DNA from: Selaginella moellendorffii | Lineage: Eukaryota > Plantae > Lycopodiophyta | Reading direction: 5' to 3' | Assembly (NCBI RefSeq): GCF_000143415.4 | Contig: NW_003314274.1 | Location: 941,788-1,005,787 of the forward strand | DNA length: 64,000 nucleotides | Part shown: one piece after another, positions 24,182 through 37,190 of the stretch | How positions within the stretch are numbered: position 1 is the stretch's first letter | Layout of the letters: each line of letters opens with the position of its first letter | Position numbers and translations under genes: made by a program | The notes under the pieces: generated by a model | Databases searched by the model: none | What the model was told of the DNA's origin: nothing | What the model saw: the letters and a program-made list of their open reading frames with translations, nothing else

Positions 24182-27100
24182 AGGTAATGACCGTGGAAGG
24201 TCAAATACGGAAGAGGACTCAAGTCCTTGAAATGGTAGCCGGGGCTACCTCTAATAAATGCTGGAACAACCCAAGGAGTTGGGGGTGTATTAAGTGGATG
24301 AGTTGGTATTCTCATCACATGGACAAGTAGTCCTAAAGGGCAAAGGTTGCCCCCAGAGAACAAAATCAAGTGTCGGAGTAACGCTTGTGAAAATAATCCT
24401 TTTGAGTAGGACCGGAATGCAAGATGTGTATTCCAGTGAGCTAGTGCCTCACAAGTAGGACCTTACGGGTCGGTGGATTAACCAAGTCCAAAACTGCTAG
24501 ACGACTCAAGTAGAGTCAAGGGAAGGTCCTAAAAAGGACTGAATGAAGCATTTGGACTGAGGTGCGTTGTACCCCACAAAGGATGGGGGGGGATCATAGG
24601 ATCCAAGGATGAGAACAGAGAGTATCTCATCGATGGCAAAATGTGCCATGCTAAAGTTATGAGAAAGGTGTTCCCAGAAGAAAACAACTTTGACATAAAG
24701 TTGTGTGTGACCTCTATGGGGCAGTGCTAATGGTTGGCATGAGAAAGAGCGGTGTTGGTCTTGGCAAAGACTTAGACACGAAGGGGAAATGTCATAGAGG
24801 TAGGCTCGTGGAGCCGATGGTGTGGAGACACCAAATGTGCCAAGGTGTGGTACCTTGAGGCTATGTTGGTGGGTTCATGAGAACCCCTTGCCAAAGGAAT
24901 CCCAATGGAAATGGGAATGGCATAGCCTAAGCTGCAGAGCATGCAGTTGGAGTGTGGTGACCCAGATAGTGATGGAGGTGTGAAAGCACCAAACAATGAG
25001 TTGTAGGACTTGACAACTATGAGGCAACTAAGCAAGAGGTGCAAAATAACTGGTTAAACGAGTAGAAGGTAGCTACCCAAGACTTCTAGTATAGGGAAGT
25101 CGGATATACCCTTACGGGGGATAAGTTGCTTATGTTGCGATATAGTAAGTCAATGTCATAAAAGGAAATACTCATTGTCAAGAAAGCCATCATTGGGACA
25201 CCCGAACACTCTAGAACACCAGAAGGTGGTGTTTGATGTCGCGAGGGCAATGGATAAAGCCCAAGGGACTAAGTCCCTAGCGAATGATGGATAGAAGGTG
25301 CTATCCAAATGTCCAAGGTTTGCGGAGACAGGAGAGGACTGTCTACCCAAATTGGACAAAGCCAAAAATGGAATTTTGGCAAGGCTAGTGATGGGCATGT
25401 AAAGGCCCATAAGCAACAATGTAATCCCAGTGTGTGGGATTATAAGGTGAGCATACCCGGATTGAGGAACCACTCCCTAGGCTATTGGGTAGGTTCATCC
25501 CTAAGAATACTTGCTAAAGCGTGATAGAAAGTGCAAAGTTATCCTCCTGGTCTGGAGGAGAATGACCAAAGGAAAGGTGTGAAGCCAAAAAGCAAGAAGT
25601 AAGGGGATAGAACCGAACCATAAGAATCAAAGGGCATAACCAAGGTTGGTTATGCCAGCTGGGAGTGGAGAATCAAGTGGGGGCTCAAGGGTGTTGCCAC
25701 TAGCAACCGTGATGCCATGGAGAGTCTAAAATATGGAATTGTCCATGTTAGACTATGTGGCATTTGGAAGGCTTGCAAAAAGGGAGGCCTTAGCAAGCTG
25801 AGGGACAGAGTTCCTTCAAGGTTCCCAAAGACGATTCTAGGTAGCTTAGTACCTAGAAAGGCCAAGTGTAAATGGTTCATGGAACGCGCGAAATCAGAGT
25901 AGCGCAGCAGAAGCGTGGTCTTGAAGCTTGCCATGAGGCAAGGCTATCAAGGTTAGGGAGGTAGTTCCCGAGTGTTCAAAGAGAGGGCTTTGAACGAAAG
26001 TCGATGGTCAAGGACTTTCACGCTTATGCAGGAACCATGTTACAGTGATCGGAGGACTTGCCAAGCGAGATTGGCACGTCGGGGGAACAAATACCCTAGT
26101 TGAAGGTGATAACTTCAAAAAGGGTGGGCCATGGGGCCGAGCATGGAGGAGTNNNNNNNNNNNNNNNNNNNNNNNNNNNNNNNNNNNNNNNNNNNNNNNN
26201 NNNNNNNNNNNNNNNNNNNNNNNNNNNNNNNNNNNNNNNNNNNNNNNNNNNNAGTGAGAGGACTTGGCAGTGTGGAGGAACTAGGTTCCTAAGCTGTGAT
26301 CTGTAGCGCGCTTTAAAATAGGTTGGTGCACCGGCGTGGGGAGTCACGCCAGGCATCTAGTGTGATGCCATCCGTAGATGCATATACGGAGGTTGGGTTC
26401 GAGTCCCGACCCTCTAGTGCTTGGGTTCGAGTCCCAAATCACTAGGGCGTGGTGATGGTTTGGAATATGAGGACACTCATATTTCGGTGGTCATGGACTC
26501 TCAGTGGGGAGACTGGTTTGGGCACACCGCCAAGCGAGGGATGCCTCGGAGTCGTGATGCACGGTTAGATTGCTTAGTGTGAAAGCTCGGCATATCTAAC
26601 TTGAACGCTTTGGTGCAAGTGGCACCAAGGTCGTGGTGAGTGAGATGGGGACACCTAATCTCAGTTGCTATGAACCCTTGGCCGTAAGGGCTAGCTTGGG
26701 TGCACCGCCAAGTGTGGGGGATGCCCCCGGGGTTATAGTCAACAACTTGGAGGTCTAGAAGACCAAGTACCTCTTGGCAACTCTGTTAAGGTGCCAAGGT
26801 GAGATCACTAGGTGATCTTATGGCCAGATAAGGATGAGGTCCTTGGTTGGCTAAGGAATGAAGTTCCTGGTTCAAAATGTTGAAATTGAACTGTTTAAGG
26901 TGGTGTGGCTTGGTCGTGATAACCAAGTGGGAAGAGCACCTAAGGGAAATAAACTATGTCCGTGCGATGGCATAGTGAGTCCGAGGAAAGTAGTCTCTAT
27001 AAAAGACCCATGGGAGGGTCACGAAGTTGGGCCGTGGATAGAGCCCATAGCAGAAGATGCTAAAAAGACGTACTAGGGGTGAACATCCTCTGGACTTGGC

Positions 27101-27727
27101 AAAGAAGAGTCTTTGCTATGGAACCGAAACAATACCTCAAGGAGGGAGGTAGAGATTCGATGTTGCTTGGTGCAACAATCAACGGATAGGAGCAAAAGAT
27201 GAGTGGCCAAGATAGGGCCATGGAATCCCTTGGAAGGAATCCAAGTGACAAAGTTAGGCGAGGAACACTAATGTGTTGGACGCTAACAAGTTGCAGGAAA
27301 GGAAGTGTGTTTCCAAGGAGGGATTCCGAAATGCTCCGAGTTGGCGAAAGTGGAAGCTCCAAGGGAGGGAGCGGTAAGGTAGCCAAATGATAGGGCCATG
27401 AACAGCCCTAGCACAAGTATGATAACTGGAACTTTGGCACGAAATAGAAGAGAGGATGATGGTGCCCTCGAGTAGAGAACTTCCTAGGATGGGAAGTGGA
27501 GTTGCACAAAAAGGTGCAAGGCAAGGTGTCGGAGACACCCAGGAAATTGACTCCAAGAAGTCAAAATTCAAAGTTCCAAAGCGCAAAGGTTATATCGATG
27601 GAAATTGAGACTACTCGAGAAGGAGTAGTGGGATTGACTTAGAGAAGGGTCTCTAAGAGGTTTAGCGAGAACTAAACCAATAAAAGGGGAGAACCATTAC
27701 ATGTGGTCCAATCAGTCTCTAATCTAT
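24182..27727. mobile_element. Retroelement-derived internal sequence (includes 100-N gap 26153-26252); part is homologous to the element A 3' UTR
   Basis: 26340-26750 aligns with 30985-31230; remainder has no recognisable intact ORF. Confidence 0.5.
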
Positions 27728-27951
27728 AGACGATGGGCTTACTCAAAAGGAAGTACCATTGGCCAGATATGGCTATGGACGTCCAAGACTATGTAAAGAC
27801 ATGTCCAACATGTCAGCGCGTAAAAGCCGTGACCAAGGCTAGTGGGGGCTTGTTGCAAAGCATCCCAATTCCAAACCGCCCGTGGAAATGTCTTACGATG
27901 GACTTCATCACGGGACTCCCCCCAAGTGAGGGGTTTGATGCGATATTCGTG

Positions 27952-29753
27952 TGTGAGACACAAAATCCCTAGGCCCCAAAGTGGAGCCGGAAGGGCGCCA
28001 CATGGTAGTGGCCGAAGCGAAAGCCAAACGAGCGTAACACGTTTGGACCAAAAGCTTCAACTTGAAAAGTCAAGAGCGGGAGTGGAACTCCCAATGAAGT
28101 GCTCGAGGAACGAGCACAAAGCGAGCAAAAGGCGAGGCTCCAAAAAGGGACCCAAAAGGACCAACACATGACACGTGGGAGTGTCCGAGATGGACCCGAG
28201 ATGGAGTCCGAGATGGAGTCCGAAGTGGAGTCCAAGGTGGACCCGAGATGGACCCGAGTTGGAGTCCGAAGTGGAGTCCGAGATGGACCCGAGATGGAGT
28301 CCGAGATGGAGTCCGAGATGGAGTCCGAGGTGGACCCGAGATGGACCCGAGTTGGAGTCCGAAGTGGAGTCTGAGATGGACCCGAGATGGAGTACGAGAT
28401 GGAGTCCGAGATGGAGTCCGAGGTGGACCCGAGATGGACCCGAGCTGGAGTCCGAAGTGGAGTCCGAGATGGACCCGAGATGGAGTCCGAGATGGAGTCC
28501 GAGATGGAGTCCGAGATGGACCCGAGATGGACCCGAAATGGAGTCCGAGATGGAGTCTGAGATGGACCCGAGATGGAGTCCGAGATGGAGTCCGAGATGG
28601 AGTCCGAGATGGAGTCCGAAGTCGAGACCGAGACCGGGACTGAGACCAAGACCGAGACCGAGACCGAGATCGGGACCGAGGCCGAGACCGAGCCCGAGCC
28701 CGAGCCCGAGCCCGAGTCCGAATCCGAGTCCGAGTCCGAGTCCGAGTCCGGAGCCTGAGAGGGTGAAAGCCCAAAGCGTTCGTCTCCCAGACCCTGGGGG
28801 GTTTGGTGAGCTCCAAAAGTATAGTAGGGGGAGGACTGCAGTGGAGCCAGTTTGGCCAGGAAAGGCCAGTTTGGCCCAGGAAGGCTAGACCCAGTGTTGG
28901 GTGATGAGCTGACCACTGGGAAGTCCAAGACTAGAGTGAACATGGACCGACAAACGGGGTAGCTTGGTGAAGTGTTCAAGAGCCGGCTCTAGTTCCCCCG
29001 GGAGATTGACTGGCCGATGCTCCCAGTCCAAGTGTGGGTGGCACTACCTACTTGGATACCTGGTGTGGCTCAATGGAACCCGCTCTAAGCCCATGGCTAG
29101 AGCACCCAAGGGCAGAAGGCGAGGAGAGTACCCAGGTGGCTCGCGTAAGGCCACGGTGTTCCGAAATGTTGTCTCAAAGGCCCAGACTGTGGAAAGGAAG
29201 AGGAGCAGTCCTCTGGGGTAGTGACCAAGGACACAGTCGTGTGGTGAGGAAGTCCCAGAGGACCGTGGGACTTAGTGGTCGGGCCTGTGGGTCTCGATCC
29301 AGTGGCAGTATTGGCAAACACGGCCAGGGGCAGAAAGGGACTTAGTGGAGACTGACAGAGGGATATTGGGGAAGGCTATTCCCCTTGTCGGTGGGCATCC
29401 TAAGGATGCTAAGGAGTGGATCTGAGATGACCACTCACGGATGGTTTGCCTAGTCTTGGAGGGCCAAGACGGTGATGCAAGTGGTGTTGGACCACCAGTG
29501 TGACCAAGGTAAATGGGCATGGCCTTAGCGTAACAAGCCGGTACGTCGGTGATACCTTGGGGTGTCGATCATGGGATCGGACACGTGGAGCACTTGGACC
29601 AAGTGCTAAGGTTGAGTGGCATGGATGCCATTCTCGGGGTTAGCAAGCCCCAAGTCCTGAGTTGGACTTATGGAAGTTGTCAATGAGACTCCTCCAAGTG
29701 GTCAGCCGTGTGGTTAAGTGACTAAAGTAAAATGGAAAATTTAGTCTCTTACA
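27952..29753 (+). mobile_element. Family-B complete LTR (second copy)
   Basis: TG..CA; flanked by TCGTG on both sides (27947-51, 29754-58); preceded by a duplicate of element A integrase 27728-27951. Confidence 0.9.
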
Positions 29754-31025
29754 TCGTGGTGGTGGACCGATTTTCGAAAATGGCACACTTCATACCCACC
29801 ACAACAGAGGTGGATGCGGAAGGTGTGGCAAAGCTGTTCTTCGAACAAGTGGTTCGAGTGCGGGGAAGACCGGAAGAGATCATCTCAGATCGAGATAAGA
29901 TCTTCATCAGTAGGTTCTGGAGGACTCTCCTGGAACAGTATCGCACCAAGTTGAAATTCAGCACAGCCTATCACCCACAGACAGGTATGGGGTATTGAGT
30001 CAAGTTGTTGGCACTAACACTTCTTGACAGACGGACAAACGGAAAGGGTGAATAGGCAGCTGGAGGATTATTTGCGATGCTATGTCTCGGGAGACCAGAC
30101 CGATTGGGTAAGTCATTTGGGACTTGCGGAAATGTGTTATAACAACTCACCACATTCGAGTATCGGGGTGAGTCCATGGGAAGTCATCAATGGGCGAGCT
30201 ATTGAAGGTCCTGTGGAACTCGGCGTGGCCGAGTATCATGGAGAGTTACCCGCAGTGGAGGCATTCACGGCGGAAAGACTCAACATTTGGAATCTAGTGA
30301 GGGATTCCTTGGAACGGGCTCAACAAAGGCAAACCAAGTACGCGAACCTAAAGCGCCGAGATGTAGAGTTCCAAGCTGGGGAGAAGGTGTGGCTGAACAC
30401 CAAGAACCTCAGGCTACCAAGTGGGATCAGCCGAAAGTTGACCCAAAGGTAAAAATGCATGTATTCCTGTAAATGAATTGATCTTGAGTTCCTTAAGCAG
30501 GTTCGCGGGGTCTTACGAGATTGAGGCACGAATCGGTAAAGTGGCTTACCGACTCCGACTTCCTCGAGAGATGGGGAAGATGCACCCAGTGTTCCATGTG
30601 AACTTACTCAAGCCGTACTTTGAGGATCCGCTTCGCAAGGACCAAGTAAGACCTTTACCTGAGGTTATCCAAGGGGAAGAGGAATACGAAGTCGAGGCCA
30701 TCCTCAATGCGCGCAAGAGCAAGCGACAAGGATGCGAGGTGAGAGAGTTCCATGTGAAGTGGAAAGGATTTCCACACTGCGAAGCAACATGGGAACCAGA
30801 GGAGAACCTAGCGAACGCGCGAGATCTAGTGGAGGAATTTCTGCAAGGCAGAACTCTATGTACTTATGCAAAATTCAATTAAAAATATCAATTTGCAAAG
30901 TTGAGCAAGTGGCATATGTTGGGACCCGAAGGCGCGCCAAAGGTAAGCTAATTAGCATGGGTTGGATAGGTCGACTAGGCGTAGGGCACTACGCCCGACT
31001 CCCCGCGGGGATGTCGAATCCGTAG
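29754..31025 (+). CDS. Element A integrase core, GPY/F region and chromodomain, split by introns 29985-30030, 30449-30500 and probably 30848-30900
   Basis: VVVDRFSKMAHF, SDRD, STAYHPQT|DGQTERVN, KLTQR|FAGSY, YEVEAIL...VKWKGF...TWEPEENL; intron removal restores motifs and frame. Confidence 0.88.
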
Positions 31026-31113
31026 ACGTATTCTACGGAGGTTGGGTTCGAGTCCCAACCCCCTAGTAAAGCAAGGCTGGGTTCAAGTCCCGACCCCATA
31101 CTAGGGCGTGGTG
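30987..31113 (+). ncRNA. Putative structured cis-acting RNA element (multi-branch, two T-loop-like hairpins)
   Basis: Adjacent stems conserved, with compensatory changes, in a second copy at 26344-26454. Confidence 0.55.
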
Positions 31114-33639
31114 AGGTGAGGAGTATAGGGACACCTATATTCCGTTGTCATGGGCTCTTGGCCGGGGAGGCTAACTTAGGCACACCGCTAAGTGGGGGGA
31201 TGCCCCTGGAGACATGGTCAACAAGTCGTAGGATAAAACGAGACGTTCGATGTGGGCATCGAACTTCTTCTATGGGTGGTGGAGTTGTAAGGAACCGACT
31301 CCCCGAGATGTCGTAGGCTAAAGGATCCCCAAAAGCTTGACCGAAATGACAAAGAGTTTATCGGATGGGACCAAGTCGAGGATCGAGTCCAAGACCGACT
31401 CTAGGACCGAGTTCGAGATAGAGTCCGGAATCGAGTCCGAGACCGACTCGGGGACCGAGTTCGAGTCCGAGTTCGAGACCAAGTTCGAGACGGAGTCCGA
31501 GATCCGAAATCGGGTCCGAGACCGAGTCCGAGGTCGAGTCCGAGGTCGGGTCCGAGATCGGGTCCGAGATCGAGTCCGTGATCGAGTCCGAACCCGAATC
31601 CGAAGTCGGATCCGAAATCGGGTCTGAGATCGAGCCAAAGACTAAGTCCAAATACTAATACGGGTCAAGGGGTGAAAGCCCAAAGCGTGCGTCTCCCAGG
31701 GGGGGGGGGGGGCTGCAGGGGGTTCCAAAAGTATAGTAGGGATAGTGAGGTCCAGGAACCAGTTTTGAAGGGACTCTCCAGTTGGGCTTCCAAACCGACT
31801 TGAGGTTGAGACTGGGACCGAGGGGCCTTGGGTGGGAGTGAGCATGGACTTGGCTGGTGCCGGAGGGGCCATCCAAGGAAGTGCTCAAGAGCAGCTCCCA
31901 CTCCCGAAAGGGAAACCGATTGCAGTGCTCCCGGCTCATGTGGAGTGGTGCCCCACTTGAGTACCATGCGGCTCATTGGTCCTCGCCCTTCCTAGGGGCT
32001 TGGGCCTTCCTTCGGGATGGAAGTGGGGGGCGAGAGGTACCCATACCGGGCCGCTAGGCCACGGTGTTTCGCCCCGGCGTCCCGAAGCAGGTGTTGCACT
32101 CAAGACTTGGGATTTAGAGGGTCCCATGATCAAGTCTTGTGGTACCAAGGGATGTTAGGAACCTGGAAGCTTGGTGTGCTTGGCTGCTTGTGCTTGTGGG
32201 GAGTGTAGCCGAACCTTAAGTCCAGTCTAACCCGGGAAGGGGGATTGGGAGTGATTTGGGAATCCGTGGAAGGATGGCTAACACTCCGTTGCTCATGCAG
32301 TGAGTAGCTGAAACCAAGTAGGAGCTGGTACCATAGGCGAGAACCTTGGCGAGGGAACTTAGCAAAAGCCAAGGCAGTGTTGGACGGATAGGCGAGGTAA
32401 GCTGGCAAGTGGAAAGGAAAAATTTGTGGCTTACACTCCCCCTCCCCCCTGGGGGTACGATCGCTTTTGGCTTTCACCCAACAGCCTATATTAGTATTCG
32501 GACTTGGATTCGGAGGACTCGAACTCAAACTCAGACTCGGTCTCGGTCTCGGTTTCAGACTCGGACTTGGTCTTGGTCTCGGTCTCGGTTCCATCTCGGA
32601 CTCCATCTCGGGTCCATCTCGGACTCCATCTCGAACTCTATCTCGGGTCCATTGCGGACTCCATCTCGGGTCCATCTCGAACTCCATCTCGGACTCCATC
32701 TCGGACTCCATCTCGGGTCCATCTCGGACTCCATCTTGGGTCCATCTCGGGTCTATCTCGGACTCCATCTTGGATCCATCTCAGACTCCATCTCAGACTC
32801 ATCCATGTGTCACGTATTGGTCCTTTTTGGGTCCTTTTTTGGAGCCTCACTTATTGCTCGCTTCGTGCTCATTCCTCAAGCACTTTGTTGGGAGTTCCAC
32901 TCCCGCTCTCGACCTTTCAAGGCGGAGCTTTTTAGTCCAAACATGTTGCACTCGTTTGGCTTTCGCTTCGGCCACTACCACGTGGCACCCTTTTGGCTCC
33001 ACTTTGAGGCCTAGGGATTTTGTGTCTCACAAACTATTGATAGTGTATGCTCTTTATAAGTTATTACTTCTTGGATCTTTTTGGTATATGGAACTAACTC
33101 CCTGAGGTGTCGTAAGTTAAAAGATCCCTAGAACCATGACCAAAATAAAGAGTTCATTAGATGAGATTGAGTCCGAGTCTTCCTGATAGGAAATTTGATT
33201 AACTCTTTTTGGTTTTTCATTATAGACTTTAGTTTTCATATGGGAGGAAAGGATGGATATAGGATTAAAGAAAAATCAGGTCATTAACACTAGAATAACA
33301 AGCTCATCAAGAATATAAAAAAAGAGCAAAGGAAGGAGAAGAGCTCAAAAAAAGGTGTTAATATTAGCCATAGAACTCCCATAATAATAAATAACTTTGA
33401 ACTCATATTAACTAATTAACTTTTTTCCACTTTAATAATGGAGTAATTGCATTATAATCACCTTCTAACAATATCCAAAAATCATGCAAGTATATATGAA
33501 TTTTTTTAAAACCCCAAATTGTTGCTAAAAACTATTTTCTATTGGTTGCAATATATAATTGATGTATGCAATAGAATGATGCTAACCAAACATACTTATG
33601 CTTTTTGCATTAACACACAAGCAAGATGAAATGTTAAAA

Positions 33640-36180
33640 TTCACCAAAAGTAGAAGAGTTGTCAGTAGCTTTTTGAGAATCACTTGTAGTCCTCAAATTA
33701 AATAAAATGCCATATTAACAACTTTAAAAATGCTCATAATCGTATAGTATAATAAAAAAATATAATCAACAAAATGACTAAAAATATTACACCTTGCTAA
33801 GAAAGTGCTACACATCATTTATATACTTTGGAGTAGGGAATTTCAAAATAACCAAAGTTTGTCAAAATCAATTTGCAAGTCTTCACGAAAAATGTGGTAC
33901 TTATAATAAATTGGTATCCTTGGATCAAACACGCACTTTGACCACTTTAACTTCAAACTAAATTTTTGCAGCTAATCCAACATCTTACAGATATCATGCC
34001 TATGTCCCTTTAAAGTAGATCAATATATAATTGATGAAGTTAGTAGTCACCTTTATAAAGAACCTCACCCATCATTTATTGAAAAGTTGTTAAGGCATTG
34101 TTTAAATTAAATAGCATCACCAAGAACTCATATAAATCAAATGATGCATGGATAATAGTTTGGGAACATCCTTCTCTCAACCATCAGCACTTACCAGTAC
34201 CCAAAAGTAAAATTGGCAAACCAAAAAATTCACCCCAAACGATTTAAAAGTGGTGTAGGGAAGAAGGTACACATCTAGGATCATCATATCATTTAATAAA
34301 TAACAGTTGATGTAAAAGTGAATACTCATATTAGGATTTGTTACAAGATGAAATTCACATATTAAGGAATTTAATACTTTTTGATAACACCTTTCTTTAA
34401 CATCTTCTAGATATTTTTTTATAAGTTATTGATCCCCTTTGGTGATTGATGCAAAAGAAGAATCTTGATTAAATGAGCAAATAAAATGAAGTGTTGTAAT
34501 CTTGACCTAGATAACAAGTTAAAGTTAAAGAGATCAATATACTCTTGCTTAAGATGACAACACAAAGACTATTTGAAAGATTCAAAGAGAGAATAAAAGA
34601 ATAAAAAGGAAACAAGGTAAGAAATAATGAGGAGATAAAAATGATAGAAACAATGGAAAAACAATTGATAAAATATAATAGAAGTGAGAAGAATGAAATA
34701 GATATAAGGGAGTATGCAATAATGGGAGAAAATTTAAAGTTATATTTGACATGATTGTGTTACAACCAATCCATATTAAAGATGAGGTCAAAAGTTTTAT
34801 TTAGCACTACCTCCAATGATTAAAGTTTAAACTTGAGATCATCTATACACATCATTAGGTTTATTTCATCTTGTGTATGTGGGTAATTGCCATAGAGAAT
34901 GACAACCAACTCTACCACACAATGCAAATATAGATAGTTATATATGGCAATAAGTTGAGTAATATAAAATAAACTTGAACCCATATCAATAAATTTAGAA
35001 AGGATAATGGCATACTTTTTGTTATAAAACCAAGTTTAGAAAGTAAACATAGAATAAATTAGTGCCAAATGAACCCCTTGGTGGTATTCCTGAAAGAAGG
35101 ATAGAAAGGTCACAAACTTATTTATACAAGATCTTTAAACTACTTGTGCGACTTCTTGTTTCCCAGAAGTATCTCAGTGTCAAAACATTCCACTACAGTA
35201 ACATAGAAAAGATATTTTTCCTAGGCCTCCACCTAGGAAAACACTAATCCAAAAACATCGACAATGTTGATATGTGGCTAATCTCATCACACATCTAACA
35301 ACAAACATCATAGCTACAATTATGTCTTTGTCTTTATCCTTGAATACAGGTAATAGAAGCATCAATTTTTATCATCTCCCATGGGAAGTGGACTTAAAGC
35401 ACATGTAAAAATAAATGGGAAAGATGATGTCTTATAGCATTGTGTTAATTGAAAAGTGTTGTCAAAGGTGGTTGGGGTAAGTGCATACACAAGTCCCACA
35501 AGATTTTAGTGAAGTAGTGGCTATAATATACCCAACTTAATCCACTCTGACATATTTAACTCTATACAAAGCAAAAAACTTTAGAAGCAAACACCAAATT
35601 GCATAACTAATATAGATGGCCCTTGACAAAAATAATGCAATTATTCGAAGACATCATCACAATTATTAACATGTCAATATACACTTGAAGGCATTTAAGA
35701 GAAGGCTCCAATCTTCACACTTAAATTATTATACCATTGCAATATTATCCTTTAGAGACATGTAATAAACTCATGCAAATGTTAGGCATCATCCCAAAAA
35801 TAATATGTGGCAATTATTGTAAAGTGATCAAGTTAATCATACACATCATCTCTGAGATTCCCACAAAAGAAATTTGACTAAACACAAGAATTGGTAGCAA
35901 GAGCAATTGGTAGCAAGACAAAAGGTTTCAAAAAAATTGCATTGGAAGAGGAATTGCACTAAATGTCATAAATATTACCATCAATTTGAGTATGATATTT
36001 TGTCATGAATATGAACAAAAAACAATTAAAAAAAAGAGAAGAAATGAAAAATATCTAAACAAAAAACACAAATCCAAGCATTCTTCAATAACAATCACAT
36101 CTCCTCCAAAAGCCCAAAAATGGTTTGGAATAAAACTAATCTAATAGCTATTAAAATCCCACTATATTACTAATAATATA
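33640..36180 (-). mobile_element. Highly decayed Ty3/gypsy gag-pol remnant (family D, old copy)
   Basis: Collinear with ~47790-50400 but strongly AT-shifted; LTR-like remnant ~36130-36180 resembles 43868-43918; bounds approximate. Confidence 0.7.
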
Positions 36181-36699
36181 TAGCACATAATAGTGTTATT
36201 ATTTCTTAGAATTTCCTAAATTTATTCAATCTAAAATAAATTCTCTATTTCCTAAAGAATAAAATAGTTTTTATTTTTTGTTTTAGAAAAATTTTATAAG
36301 TTCTGTAAGATTGTGATTATTATTGCAATTTTCACTGTTATTATTCTTTTATATTAAAATGATAAATTGCTCATGAAAAATCTCAATAATGTTTAATGTG
36401 TCTTTCTTTAGATAGATTCAAGCTGCTATTTCACATTTGGCTAGTTTGATTGATTTTTAGTTTAAATTAATCTTGTGTTTATAATTATAATGTTTAGTGA
36501 ATAAATCTAACTTATTCACTAAATAAATCTAATCCATTTTCAGTGAAGACTTAATTTCATTTGATCCATATGTAGATCTGAGTGCCCATCTCACTCTATT
36601 TTGTGTTGCAAGCTCAATTAGTAAAGGCTGTAACTAGGACTGCAGCACTAGGAGTGGTGTCTGCCCTGTGCCGTATGATCTCATGGCAAGGATGTAGTG

Positions 36700-36890
36700 G
36701 AAACAGAGCAAGCACAACTGGCTTTCCATTATGTTGTGAAGGAATCAAGCAGGAGGTGTCACTCTTTTTTTTCCTCTAGCCTCCAATTGCTTATGCTTAT
36801 TGAACATAGCTTCTGATGTCATAATTTTGAGATCATCTAAAGGTCGTCAAGGCATATCTCATAGGTCTCTTTGAGGACATCAATCTTTAA
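36700..36890 (+). pseudogene. Histone H3-like gene relic
   Basis: 36843-36887 encodes VVKAYLIGLFEDINL versus H3 AAEAYLVGLFEDTNL; upstream QLAFHYVVKE weakly resembles KLPFQRLVRE. Confidence 0.55.
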
Positions 36891-37190
36891 GACTTGATTT
36901 GAAACAAACAGTACCTTTCCTACTTAGAGGTTCCTGGCTATCCCCAGGTTGGCAAGGTGGGAGCTAGACCCATCTGAAACTCATCGATTGATAACAGTTA
37001 GAGATTAAGAGGGTTCTGCAGCTCATCTATGGCCTGGAGATAAGTTCAAAAGTTGTTCTTGGCAGAAATTAACAACTTTGCTTCGAACACCGAGCAGAAA
37101 TTAAAATATTAAGTATTTAAATTATAAGGTCAGAAAAGATAAGGTTGATCAATTAAAAAAATTAATTCAACAGAGAGTTGAATAAATTGC

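Larger units (their letters stand above)
17284..32435 (+). mobile_element. Full-length Ty3/gypsy chromovirus (family A) with nested insertions
   Basis: Near-identical LTRs 17284-18432 and 31286-32435 (TG..CA); TSD CTCCC (17279-83, 32436-40); PBS TGGTATCGGAGC at 18436; PPT ~31272-31285; order gag-PR-RT-RH-IN-chromodomain. Confidence 0.95.
16313..33031 (-). mobile_element. Family-B solo LTR split into 16313-17283 and 32441-33031 by insertion of element A
   Basis: Reverse complement of 45121-47000; TG..CA ends; flanks AATTA/AACTA (TSD with 1 mismatch). Confidence 0.88.

Noticed and set aside
23742-24369. ORFs containing X runs (also 26045-26356)
   Set aside because: Artefacts of N gaps
31040-31095. 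tRNA gene(s)
   Set aside because: Only T-arm-like hairpins; no D arm, anticodon arm or acceptor stem in tRNA geometry
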